A model generated the notes under the pieces. The model was given only the letters and a program-made list of their open reading frames with translations. It was not told the DNA's origin and did not search any database. Positions 23,990 through 34,914 of a stretch of DNA of 63,194 bases are shown here, piece by piece; the stretch's first letter is position 1, and each line of letters begins with the position of its first letter. The position numbers were made by a program, and so were the translations under genes. Source of the DNA: Asterionella formosa (taxonomy: Eukaryota). The DNA lies in NCBI GenBank assembly GCA_002256025.1, contig NKIB01013171.1, positions 1-63,194 on the forward strand, given 5' to 3'.

Positions 23990-24805
23990 TGGCATCAGAT
24001 TGGATCAATTGGGGCTAGCACAGAAAGTACTCCTTTTCACAAGAAAGTTTGGTCACAAATCAAATATGGATGGTGGAACATCAACTTCTCTTTTTAGTGA
24101 TTCTCGGATGAGTCGAGGTTGAACAGGTAGTACCCCTGCTACCAGAAGGGTACCACCTAAAAACTGAGAGCCAACGTTTTGGTCATTTTGAAGTGAAAGC
24201 CAACATTAAATTGAGTAAATTCACGTTTTGGACTAAATATGCTGGATATGAACATTATTATTATTTACGCAATGTTGAAGTGATTTATGTAATAAACAAT
24301 ACTTGTCATACTTTGAACTCATCATCTATCTTGTATTAATCTTGTATTACATACATAATTACTATGCTCAAAGGTTACTTTCGACGAAAAATGGAATGAA
24401 TATGCTAAATTAATTTTAACTCCATTCAGTTGGCATCACCTTTTATATATGTATACAGGTTTCTGAAAGCATTTCTGTTGAAAGAATACTTTATTGTCCA
24501 AATATATTATTTTATCAGTCAAAAATATGCTATGACATCATTTTGCATGCTCCTCTACCTAAATGGAGAACATCAACTGCGACATATTGGCATGACTACC
24601 TGAAACCGTACATGTGAGATATTTTCATGAAATCACAACCTCCACAATTGTTGAGTTCTTTAACAATAGCATAAAAGCATTCAAGGCATGTTTTATACCC
24701 TATTTGTACACCTCTATTTCTAGGCAAGTCCTAATTGTGGTATATGGTACCAGGTATTTGCCAACAAGACCTGTGCTTCCCTAGTTTTGTTACCGGTACC
24801 AGGTA

Positions 24806-25429
24806 CCGTATACTTCACTGTCCTGGACCCCCCAATGTACACTGCCATGACTGAATTTGACTGATTTTACTTAAGGGCCCAGGACAATGAAGAGATTTCC
24901 CTTATAATGGACCTAGTAAATTTCATTAGTTCTACAGGATAGCGCACATTTTTCTAAGATGTATTAATATGACAATTATTTCCCTGATGTGAAAAAAGAG
25001 AGAGTTCTTCACCTCGCAAGAAAAACGCGACTTCATGTTGTTATCGGCGATCTCAATTTTCGTTGTCATTATTAGTGTTATTACTTAACTTCTTTTACGA
25101 TTGTATTTTCCATGTCGTTTATAATACAGGTAGCAAGTAGCAAAGCGTCGTTCTCTATTTTCGTGGAGATAATTCGTATTTTCGTCATGGTCAAGGTTGC
25201 GACAACATCATTTAGGATTCTCCAGCTGCTCACAGCCACTACCTGTCGTCTCTTGTGTTTTGAAGGTACAAAAGAATCGCAAAATAATAGCTAAATAATT
25301 ATATACTAGTGCCTACGAGGACAAAAAGAATTATGGCACGTTACTTTGTCTATGACAAGAAAAATAATGGGTGTTTGGTTCCACCTCGAGAAAAATGTAC
25401 AGGGGGGTCCAGGACAATGAAGTATACGG
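24806..25429. mobile_element. MITE, family B (624 bp, 28-bp TIR, TA target duplication; Tc1/mariner-pogo type)
   Basis: TA-CCGTATACTTCACTGTCCTGGACCCCCC ... GGGGGGTCCAGGACAATGAAGTATACGG-TA, 27/28 match; extra internal inverted copy of the TIR core at about 24874-24891. Confidence 0.85.
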
Positions 25430-25860
25430 TACCGGTAGTGTAATTACCGCAACATGCAGGTACCATGTACCAGGTACCTGGAACCAGTGCCCTGGTAACA
25501 CATCAACACCAGACGTGTTATATGTAGGAGTAGCTCTCTGGGTGACGTATAAAGTGCTGAATATTCATTCGGGTTGTGCTAGCTGGTACCAGGGACCTAC
25601 CGATACATCAGTACTCTTCGTGCTCTACTAGGTACCAGGTACCTGTTACCAGGGGTACCAGGTGCCAGGGGGGTACCTGGTACCTGGTACCAGGTACCAC
25701 TGTGATTTCCTTTATGCTGTACAGGTAGCTGAACTACTGGTACCTGGTACCAGGGTACCTTGGGAGTTCCGGTAAAATACGGTTCTGACTATAAGGAAGA
25801 TATAGCTAAATTTCTCATCTATCGCAACTTGCACTTGTAGTACATAAGGTACCTGGTAAT
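25430..25860. repeat. Dense TACC(A/T)GG palindromic micro-repeat array upstream of the RSH gene
   Basis: For example GGTACCTGGTACCTGGTACCAGGTACC at about 25672-25698; includes a solo family-A right TIR at 25442-25460. Confidence 0.85.
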
Positions 25861-27000
25861 CAGTCATCAGCAAAACATGAGATTATGACGATATCACAGT
25901 ACTGTACGAACGACCCCTTACACTTTTATGCAGTTTTTTCTCCATGAGGAGTTCTTACTTTTCACAAAATAGGCAGAAAACCCGGAAAACTCGTCATCGG
26001 CAAGGAGCAGACGAGAATTCGGTCAAACGGGCTACCGGTATGTTGGGGCGCCTCCCGAGCTGTGTTCCGTGAAGTTCCAATCGTGAGACTTCATGAATCG
26101 AATCGAGTAACGGTACCTGGAACCAGGTATGATCAGTAATGAATCTCGATCACATGCCATTATATGTATTCAAAATCAGTCATTTTTGGTCCACAGCACT
26201 CTACATACATGGAAAGCGAAGTCGACAAAACTTCAGAAAAAGGATTATAAAGCAGATTCTCAAACGAAGCATTCGCTGTTCTCGATCGTTTCGTTGCAAT
26301 CTTTTTCTCTTAAAGCAATAACGCCACGAAACGTAAGCAAAGGCAATTCTGAGACTCTTCCAATGTTTGATCGATACCAATGGTACTGGTTCCTCGTTGC
26401 ATGGTTGTTCAGTAGTCAGGGCAAAACTGTCGGTGATGTCCTCTCGCCAGCGCGCCAAATGCTTCTAATCTAACTGGTCGAGCAGAATTGTGATTTTGAT
26501 CCCACCTGGTTGCTGACGTCATATATGAAAGATGTCGTCGTACACGTAGATGATGAATCGAAATTCGTACTGTTTTTTGTCGATGAAATTCTCAGAACTT
26601 TCGACGTCAGCAGCTATTGTTTGCCTCGTGAATGATGAGAAGTTCGAATTTGGCATTCACACAGTTGATGCTACCTTGACATCTTCACAATTGTTTACCG
26701 GTACACTCTTTGTCATTGGCATTTATTATTGCTTTCATTTTCAAATTGATCAAGAGGTGTGTTTGATGCTAGCGAGCACAGAATGAGCAACAATGATCTT
26801 CGTTTTCCGTTCGCTATTTGACGCTGCATTCAAGATTCTCGAGGCAGCAATTCCGGAAATCCCGGAGCGTTGACATCGTTCCCGCTATATTAAAAATGTC
26901 ACCTCTGCTTTTTTCTGTTGGGTCATTTTTATTTCATCCCAATTCTCCACTGTGTTTTCTTACCTTTCTTTTTCTCCTTCTATCAGAACTACACTCTACA

Positions 27001-28971
27001 ATGACCACAATAAGAATAAAGAAATTTGCCCTGCTCGCCATGGTCGTCGGCTCTGTCAACGGGTTTGTCAAGACTAGTGGAAAGCGAACCCGATCACAAG
27101 CGCTCTTTTATCGCACGGAAGCTGTGAGCATTTTGGAGCCACGGAACGTTGCTTCACTGCTACATCCTCCGGCTAGTGACCTTCCTGCTTGGCTCGCTGT
27201 CCCTCGGTCTCACTTACTCCAGGAGAACTTGAGAAAGTTGAAAACTGCCATGCTCGACTCCTTCTTTGCTGAAAATGACGCGCACAGACTAGTCTTTGCC
27301 ATTGAAGAAGCATCCAAGGGTGACCTCAATAAGATGGCCGGTGCTGCAGAGTTTTGTCTGATTCTCGTAGATACTATGGAAATGGGGCTCAATGTCTTGA
27401 TTGCTGCCGCCTTTCATTATTGCTCTTGTGTTGCTGCCCGTGAAGCACCTGGACCCTGGAAGCAACAAGGAGAGCATCCTGGCTTGCACATGTTCGGAGA
27501 ACACGCGATGGAAATTGCTCGCGATGCGGCCAACTTAAAAAAAATGGAAATGGTTTTCTCCAGCATTATGAGCCCAAAGCATAGTTCAAGGGTATCACCC
27601 GACTCCAACGATGCTGAAAATTTGCGAAACCTTCTATTGACTGAAACAAAGGACTGGAGAGCCCTTGCCATACGATCGGCAGCCTGTCTTTACAGATTGC
27701 GCGGATTGGAATTGGCTGGGATCTCGAAGCTTACACCGGAAGCTGCTCGTGCCTCTCGTGAAGCTCTGCACATTTACGCTCCCCTCGCATGCCGCCTTGG
27801 CATGCAACGATTGAAAAATGAACTAGAAGAAGCAGCATTCAAGACTCTCTATCGTCGTCAATACAACACAGTCACATCGTTGGCTCGGCAGATTAGGTTC
27901 CAAAAATCCGGCCGTGGAAGCACCCGTCGTGGGTTGATTGAAATGGTTGAAAATGATGCTGCCGCCACTGATATTAGTCAATCTATGAAACATATCTTGG
28001 AAGATGTGACAGAGGATGTCCGTGAAATGCTCCGTAACGATCCTGTTTTTACCGCGACTACCGAGAGTGTTGATGTTAGTGCTCGCGTGAAGGAACCATA
28101 CTCCATCTGGAAGAAGATGCTTCGCACCCGCTCAAGTCACATCTTGGACGTTCCAGACGCGTTAGCCCTTCGCATTGTCTTGACAGGAAAGAAGATGACT
28201 CCTGACGAAGACAGTGAAGTGACGCGAGCGCGGGAGCGAGCCTTGTGTTACTATGCCCAGCAGCTTTGCACACAACGTTGGGCTCCAATGAAGGGCAATG
28301 CACGCTTCAAGGATTACATTGACAATCCAAAGGCAAATGGCTACCAATCATTGCACTATACCGCAACTACTCAGTCTGGAAATGAGGACTGGAACTTGGA
28401 GATCCAGGTCCGATCCGCTGAAATGCATAAGGTTGCTGAGTATGGATTAGCCTCACATTGGGACTACAAGGCCAAAAAGAAGGGAGCAGCATCGTCGTCG
28501 ACTGATCACTCGTCGGATGCTTACCTTCGATCTGTTCAAGAGTGGCACTGGCAGCAACAGCGTTCGAATTATATTGATGCAAATCCAGTGTCATATGGGA
28601 GTCCCCTTATTTGGTCGCACGAAACTGAAGCAAAGGCCCGAGCCAAGCGCATTCGTGAGCGTACAGCTCGCTTGGCACCTTTTATTGAAGCATTCGCACT
28701 GGCCCAGTCGGACTTGGCCCGCGAACGTGTCTTTGTTTTCTTGTCCCAATCTCAAGATACTCTACACCCTGATGGCAATATTCTCGCTCTCCCTGCTGGT
28801 GCCTGTGTCCTTGATGCCCTTCGTGAAGGGGCGAAGCAATTTGGGTCTGACTGGGCCAAGAAAAGTGAAAAAGCACTTTCTCGCAACGGCGTTGTTGTGA
28901 ACTTGACTCAACAGCTTCGGAATGGCGATGTCTTGACTGTTGCAATACAACCAACTCTTGTCACAAACTGA
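27001..28971 (+). CDS. RSH: Plastid-targeted RelA/SpoT homologue, probable synthetase-only (p)ppGpp synthase; 656 aa
   Basis: Signal peptide plus VNG-F plastid motif from ATG 27001; synthetase motifs ARVKEPYSIWKKM, DALALRIV, FKDYIDNPKANGYQSLH, EIQVRS..MH..AEYGLASHWDYK; TGS-like C-terminus; the HD motif reads AAAFHY. Confidence 0.9.
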   Translation: MTTIRIKKFALLAMVVGSVNGFVKTSGKRTRSQALFYRTEAVSILEPRNVASLLHPPASDLPAWLAVPRSHLLQENLRKLKTAMLDSFFAENDAHRLVFAIEEASKGDLNKMAGAAEFCLILVDTMEMGLNVLIAAAFHYCSCVAAREAPGPWKQQGEHPGLHMFGEHAMEIARDAANLKKMEMVFSSIMSPKHSSRVSPDSNDAENLRNLLLTETKDWRALAIRSAACLYRLRGLELAGISKLTPEAARASREALHIYAPLACRLGMQRLKNELEEAAFKTLYRRQYNTVTSLARQIRFQKSGRGSTRRGLIEMVENDAAATDISQSMKHILEDVTEDVREMLRNDPVFTATTESVDVSARVKEPYSIWKKMLRTRSSHILDVPDALALRIVLTGKKMTPDEDSEVTRARERALCYYAQQLCTQRWAPMKGNARFKDYIDNPKANGYQSLHYTATTQSGNEDWNLEIQVRSAEMHKVAEYGLASHWDYKAKKKGAASSSTDHSSDAYLRSVQEWHWQQQRSNYIDANPVSYGSPLIWSHETEAKARAKRIRERTARLAPFIEAFALAQSDLARERVFVFLSQSQDTLHPDGNILALPAGACVLDALREGAKQFGSDWAKKSEKALSRNGVVVNLTQQLRNGDVLTVAIQPTLVTN

Positions 28972-29833
28972 ACATACTGTGAACCATTTCTGTTTCCTGT
29001 ACATATTGTGATGATAAAATGTGGCACGTTTCAAATTATCTTGTCCTTCTCTCCGTGACTGGTGTTCACGCAAATTAGAATGTAAAAAGCAAAATAGAAA
29101 AACGTTGTTATCCTATTCATCACCTTAGCATGCTCTGAGGACGGCTTTCAAAAAATTACTTTGTACCATGTATCTACAATGGAACACGTACCGTAAACCT
29201 GGTGTTTCGTATCCCCCCTTTGTAGATCTGGCACAACACTCCCAAATATTTTATTTCTGCAGAAACAATAAAAGCATATTATTGTATTCTAGCTATATGT
29301 TAATGGGTTTACACTATAATTGTATTCTTAGCTCAAGTCAACAACAACATGAGCGATGGCTATATCCTTGGCCTGAGATCTATTTCAACAGTCGAAGCTG
29401 CAAGTAGCAAGCTTGTTGTGGTGCAATCATCAAACTGAATGCTACAGGCTCATGCAATGCTGGCCTCGATTTTGTTGGCTTGCTGGAAGCATTCATAGAA
29501 TCATTTTCTTCTTCTGCCTGATGATGCAGAAATCGATAATTATGTGATCAAACCAATAATTATGTGTGCTTGCAACAATATTTGTGTGCTTGCAACAAAA
29601 TTTTCTTTTACCAACTAGCCGTTGCTACAACAGTATAATGGCGAAATTATGCTGCTGAGTCACAGCTATATATCACTGGAGTCACCAAATAACTAAATTA
29701 AGAGTTCTTCCCAATATCGATTCGATTATTATTTTTTCCGCTTTCACATTTTTCTTTGGTATCAACTCCCAAAGAATGCCGGTAACACATTTGTCGGCCC
29801 TGATACCTGCATCCACGACTAAACGAATCGCGG

Positions 29834-29836
<3 letters not shown>

Positions 29837-29864
<28 letters not shown>
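29837..29864. repeat. (CAAT)7 microsatellite
   Basis: Seven perfect CAAT units. Confidence 0.95.
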
Positions 29865-30009
29865 TCTCATTTGATTCACATCTTTTGCTTCAACTAATCA
29901 TGCTATTGCTGTAGTCTTACTCTTATGCATTGTTCAGCTACCATGCATGAATGAGTCAAATCGCCACATTTCTATTTTACATTTAAAAAGGCGCCATAGG
30001 CAACTTCAA

Positions 30010-30251
30010 TTATCGTTGTCAATATTAGTGGGATTACACTTATTCTTTTACGATTGTATTTTCTATGTCATGTTTGATATATGTGCCAAACAGGAAACCA
30101 TCGTCCTCAATTTTCTTAAAGATTTCCGCTATTTTCGTCATGGCCATGGCTGAGACGACATGATGCAGGATGCTGTAGCCAATCACAAGAACTACACTGT
30201 ATTGTTTTATATATACAAAAGATTCGCTTTTTTTATCTCAGCTAAATACGG
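30010..30251. mobile_element. Diverged relative of the family-B MITE interior, ending in ...TACGG-TA
   Basis: Aligns by eye with 25060-25295 (shared TTCTTTTACGATTGTATTTTC, TATTTTCGTCATGG, TACAAAAGA.TCGC) but has a different terminus. Confidence 0.55.
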
Positions 30252-31645
30252 TAGTTATTTACTAGCGATTAGTAGGGCTACCTCGGTTACCCTTAGCATG
30301 AATCCAGCCATACTTTTTGTCCTAATGTATCTACTACTGGTAGTTGAAGGGTGGTAAAATCAGAGGTCCCCATGTTAGTCTTGTACAACACTTCAGACCA
30401 CACCAGTATTTGTGTGTGTTCATTTTACAGGAGTCTGCTACACAGTATTAGGAAATGAGCACAATTGTCTGCGCCCTTATTTTATTAATTAGTGTATACC
30501 GGTACTCTATCAAGATACTCATTCTGCACCAAGCACCACATAATTGTAAATCATGCCGAAAGTATGGAAACCGCATTGACGATGATGTCCTCTGCACGGT
30601 AAGTTTGATGCAACTGATGCATACTCTGAGTTGCTTCTTCTCACATCCCTTACTTCGTGTTAAATGAAATCCTATCATGAAAGAAATTTCATGATTCAAT
30701 TATGAATGAGCTCGTTATTAAAGTTTTGATGTTGGCGCTTTTCTTTTTGGTATGTTATTTGTTATCTCATTTATTTTCTTGCCTTTTGGTCATTCTTGCC
30801 AACGCTAACACAAGTAATCTACCTTGTTCTACAGGCAGAGTTGAAAATTATGCGTGGGAGCTCGGATATAGTAAAACGAGGTAAGAACAACCAAAAAGTT
30901 TTGCGTGTCGATCATTGTTGTTATCAATTAAGCCGCTCTAACATATTGTTTCTATATCTCCCCTATTTGCTGGAATCTTTGCTTGTCATCCAACCTTGAA
31001 TCAGCCAACTACTAGTACAATCAGCCAGATGCTAGTGTTACAGAAGCTAATGCTATCTTCTTTGGACAGAAGGTTGCTGTGGGATAATGATTGGTGCTAG
31101 GAAAATGATTGGAAGATTGCCCATGCAAGTAAGCAAAGCAGTGATATCAGCATGCTGTTCAGCAATTTATGCAACACTCTTAGTGCTAGTATCACTAGCT
31201 AGTCAGGTAATGTAAATATAGTTTTGTTAGATACTACAAAAATATTAATATTGCAAAGCATTTCTATTTTAATTTGTTAATTCACAGAAATTAAAGTTGA
31301 TAGTTGTGAACAAAAATTGTGGTCATTGATCTAGAAATTATGTGATCAGACATACAAAAATATTGTTAGTTGGCCCTAAAAATTATGTGGGTTTCTAAAA
31401 TAATTATGGAAGTTGTCGAAACTATTTTATTTCACTCTTAATTTATATATATTATGTGATGCATCACATTTAATATGTGATGTCATACCCTTAAATTATG
31501 TACATTGCCAAATTCATCATAGGATTGGGCCACCCAGATAATTAATTTGGGTGATCATATGTGACTAGCCTTTTCTCTTGCAGCTGTGGTACCAATAATT
31601 GGCGTTGTAGATGTAGTGAGAATGCGCTGTAAAACAATGAACATA

Positions 31646-31708
31646 CCGTATACTTCATTGTCCTGGACCCCCCAATGTACACTGCCGTGACTGAATTTGA
31701 CTGATTTA
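31646..31708. mobile_element. Truncated left end of MITE family B
   Basis: TA-CCGTATACTTCATTGTCCTGGACCCCCCAATGTACACTGCCGTGACTGAATTTGACTGATTT, near-identical to 24806-24868. Confidence 0.85.
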
Positions 31709-32047
31709 GAGTGGGTGAATTTTATCTGTAGACTATAAATTTGCAATGATGCTTGGTGATCAAAAATTTGCTTTGTTGAAAGCTACTAGTTCGAAGAATT
31801 GTGAGCGAGCTTTCTGCATTGAACCCTTGCATGGTTGTTCGCTGGCAGATCGACTCTTCCATGACCTTCTCCTTGCATGGTTTACATGTCAATTTCCTGC
31901 TTTTGAAATGTATCTTCATTTTTTGTAGGCTTGATTTAGCTTCCGTGGTTGCTCATCTTGCCTCAGCCTGTCTCATGTTTTTCCTGTTTTCAATGCATGC
32001 TTCATGCACATCCCCTGTTTCCATCTTTTATACATGATACTGAAGTA

Positions 32048-33820
32048 CCAGCAAATTGCGGTAATTTTGCTATATCTAGTTCCACGTACGACTTCGTACC
32101 AGCAACACTGATTCCAACTCCAGCAACACTGATTTCAATTCCAATTTGGCTGATACATGTGTCTCTTCTTGATATCCGTTTAATCAAACCCGACCGGCTT
32201 GTTGTTCCTACATATATTTAGCTTTAATCTGATTTAGCCTAAAATATTGAGACCAAATTGTTTTGCTTGTTCTGCCATTTGATTCCGTTCGCTCTGCAAA
32301 ATCTAGGACCGTTTTGCTTAAAGTAGATTTGCTTAAGGTTGTGGCCCCGGCTTAGCCCTAGTTTGTTGGAGTAAACATCGCTACTAGGGCTGTAAAAATG
32401 GCATGGAACAAGGAGTTTGCTTCTATGAAATCCCATGATTCGAGTTTCCATTTGAATATTTGAATTAAATAGGAATCGGCGCCAGATTGATAGAGTTCCA
32501 TTTTAAACAAACAAAAATGATATTTAAATGTCTTTATTATATCTACGTTGCTGTATGTATACACCGGGTCATTGGCACTCTCCTCTACTATGCCAGAACT
32601 GTTGATAGCACCAGCATGTAAGTTGCCCTCAGCATTCTCACAGCAGCCCAATTACAAAGCACAGAGGACACTGCCAAGGCCATAACACGCATACTCAACT
32701 ACCGGTATGCTGCTGCCCACCAAGATGCAACCATACGATATATCGCTAGTGACATGTGCTTACATGTCCATAGCGATGCCTCCTACAACTCCGAACCCAA
32801 AGCCTGCAGCCGTGTTTGTGGACACCATTTCCTGAGCCGACATACCCTTGACCCAACCCGGCCACCCGCCAACCCGCCACCCTCGAATGCTGGTGCCATC
32901 CATACCATCAGCAGCATTCTCAAAAATGTCATGGCCTCCGTCTTTGAAGAAGCCGAAATGGGCGGCCTTTTCCTCAATGGAACTGCAGCTGTTATCCTTC
33001 AAACAATAACCATTGAGGAATTAGGACATCCCCAACCCCCATCCAGACTGACAACTCCTGTGCCACAGGCATTGCCAATGGCACCATTCACCGGCGAAAA
33101 TCCAAAGCAATGGATTTGCGTTTTTACTGGATGCAAGACTGTGTTCGCCAGGGCCAGCCAGTTCCTTGTCTACTGGCAACAAGGTACTGACAACCTTGCT
33201 GATTACTTCACAAAATCATCATCCCACTCTGCATCATCGACTCATGCGCCCAGACACATTTTCTTTTTGCGGCTTATCATGCGCTTTCTTACCTTCTTCT
33301 CTTCCCCTCCTTCTACCACTTTCTGCAAGGGTGTGTTCATCTGCTGGGTTCTGGGTTCCCTTGAATCTCTGTGTTTTTTCCCAGATAGTGCCAGAAGACA
33401 ACACATATGGAGTAAGCTGGGAGCCACCAATCTTCCCATCACGCCTAACTATCACTAATTAGCTCACAATATAATTAAGCTCATATTTGTAACTGTTTTA
33501 GCTACTTATCAGAATTAAGGACTATGTTTGTTTTGTTTAAGCCAAATTTTGCTTAAAGTACATTTGCTTAAAGTAGAGTCCATTAGCTTAAACTAACATA
33601 ATCTGTAGATATACTTCAACCCAAAATTACAATTCATCAGTTCCTGTTTTGTCTCTAAATATCTGAATTTATCAAATTTTGTCCAGTTGTCTTAAAATGG
33701 CCTGTGGACGTGAACTGTTAGAAGTTTCATACTTTGATTTTTAATGGCTGCCAAGTCGGGAAATATTTGTCGGTTTTGGGAATGAGTACGTGAAGAAGCA
33801 AAATTACCGCAACTTGCAAG
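32048..33820. mobile_element. Long family-A TIR element (TA-flanked) carrying a nested Copia fragment
   Basis: Left CCAGCAAATTGCGGTAATTTTGCT and right AGCAAAATTACCGCAACTTGCAAG match 21/24 as inverted repeats; TA at both ends; internal TTTTGCTTAAAGTA repeats at about 32312 and 33547. Confidence 0.65.
32555..33483 (+). mobile_element. Ty1/Copia (CoDi-like) retrotransposon 3' fragment: end of RT, RNase H, PPT and probable 3' LTR
   Basis: Frameshifted LHVHSDASYNSEP, AEMGGLFLNG, EELGHPQPP, KSKAMDLRFYW, NLADYFTK; purine tract GCAAGGGTG at about 33325 followed by a TG...CA segment 33334-33483. Confidence 0.85.
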
Positions 33821-34225
33821 TACAAGGTGGTAAATTCTTGACACCATTATGCACCCACGCATTTCCTATGCGCGCATCATCACATGGTGACTGTTGCAAT
33901 CCTTGCTTCGTCGTTCAAAGCCAACGTTTCTTCGCTCGCCCATGAGGCAGCATCCTGCACTCATCATGCATTTCTTCATGTTTATGTCACCTGTACTACC
34001 GGTAGTCGTGTAGCTCCAAGTTAGGCTTCTCCCAGGTACTCCAAACAGCTACCTGGTACCTGGTACGCACATTGGCATTTCATGATCGTCGCAGACTTGC
34101 ATAATATGAATACCACCGGTAACGGTATTCATAGATTCTATCCAAAGCAACACCACTTTCACCACTTGACTCTGCTCAAATCAGACAAACGAAATCTCTC
34201 AACCCCTTGCTTGAATCAACTCAAA

Positions 34226-34863
34226 ATGGCAACAAAACCTCGCTTTCAGATTCCTTCCCAAGTTTTTGCCTTTTCTTTATTGATGCTTCCAGCTGTCCTT
34301 TACGGTAAGCACGCCACGATTTGACCTCATGACAGTAGAGCGAGCCGCCTTGTTGGTGATGTGACTAATAACCCCCATCTCCGATCGTCCGGTCCACAGC
34401 TGAGTACTACCGTCGCTATGCTCCATCGGACGAAGATTTGGCGGAAATACTGGAACAAAAGTACAGTGAGCAGATTGCAACGGCTCGGGCCTCACGACCG
34501 GATTTTCAAGTATTCATGGACCAGATGAAGAACAACTCGACGGAACTGGACAAGACCATGGATTCGGTATTGAAAGGCGGGAAGGATTCGGCCAAGCGAG
34601 TCTATGCTGTCGATGATGCACTCTATGGAAAACAAGATGGACGCCAATTGAAGAAGCAAACGCTAGTAGACATCAACGGGACTAGGCAAGAAAAGATCCG
34701 AAAGGCCAGAGAAAGCCGTGAAATGGCAATTACTGATGACAACAAGACGCAAACAGCTTCAAGGCTATCCAATCCTCAAACCCAATCTGTTATTGCTCTC
34801 GTCGTGGCTGGTGGTTTGGCTGCGGCTGTGGGATTCTTGCTCGGGGGGAGCAAACGACAATGA
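34226..34863 (+). CDS. Uncharacterised 180-aa protein with N- and C-terminal hydrophobic helices, 2 exons
   Basis: Exon 34226-34304, intron 34305-34399 (GTAAGC...ACTAA...CACAG), exon 34400-34863 in frame; C-terminal VIALVVAGGLAAAVGFLLGG plus basic tail. Confidence 0.7.
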
Positions 34864-34914
34864 CGCACACCCAAAACTTGAGATTCGCGCGCCTCATTTC
34901 TGTAAGATTTAAGT

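Noticed and set aside
25430..25860. Palindrome arrays as a CRISPR or REP-like system
   Set aside because: No regular repeat-spacer period, no cas or associated nuclease genes, and the context is eukaryotic.
26818..27000. N-terminal extension of the RSH ORF
   Set aside because: Begins at a non-ATG codon in pyrimidine-rich leader; the targeting peptide starts at ATG 27001.
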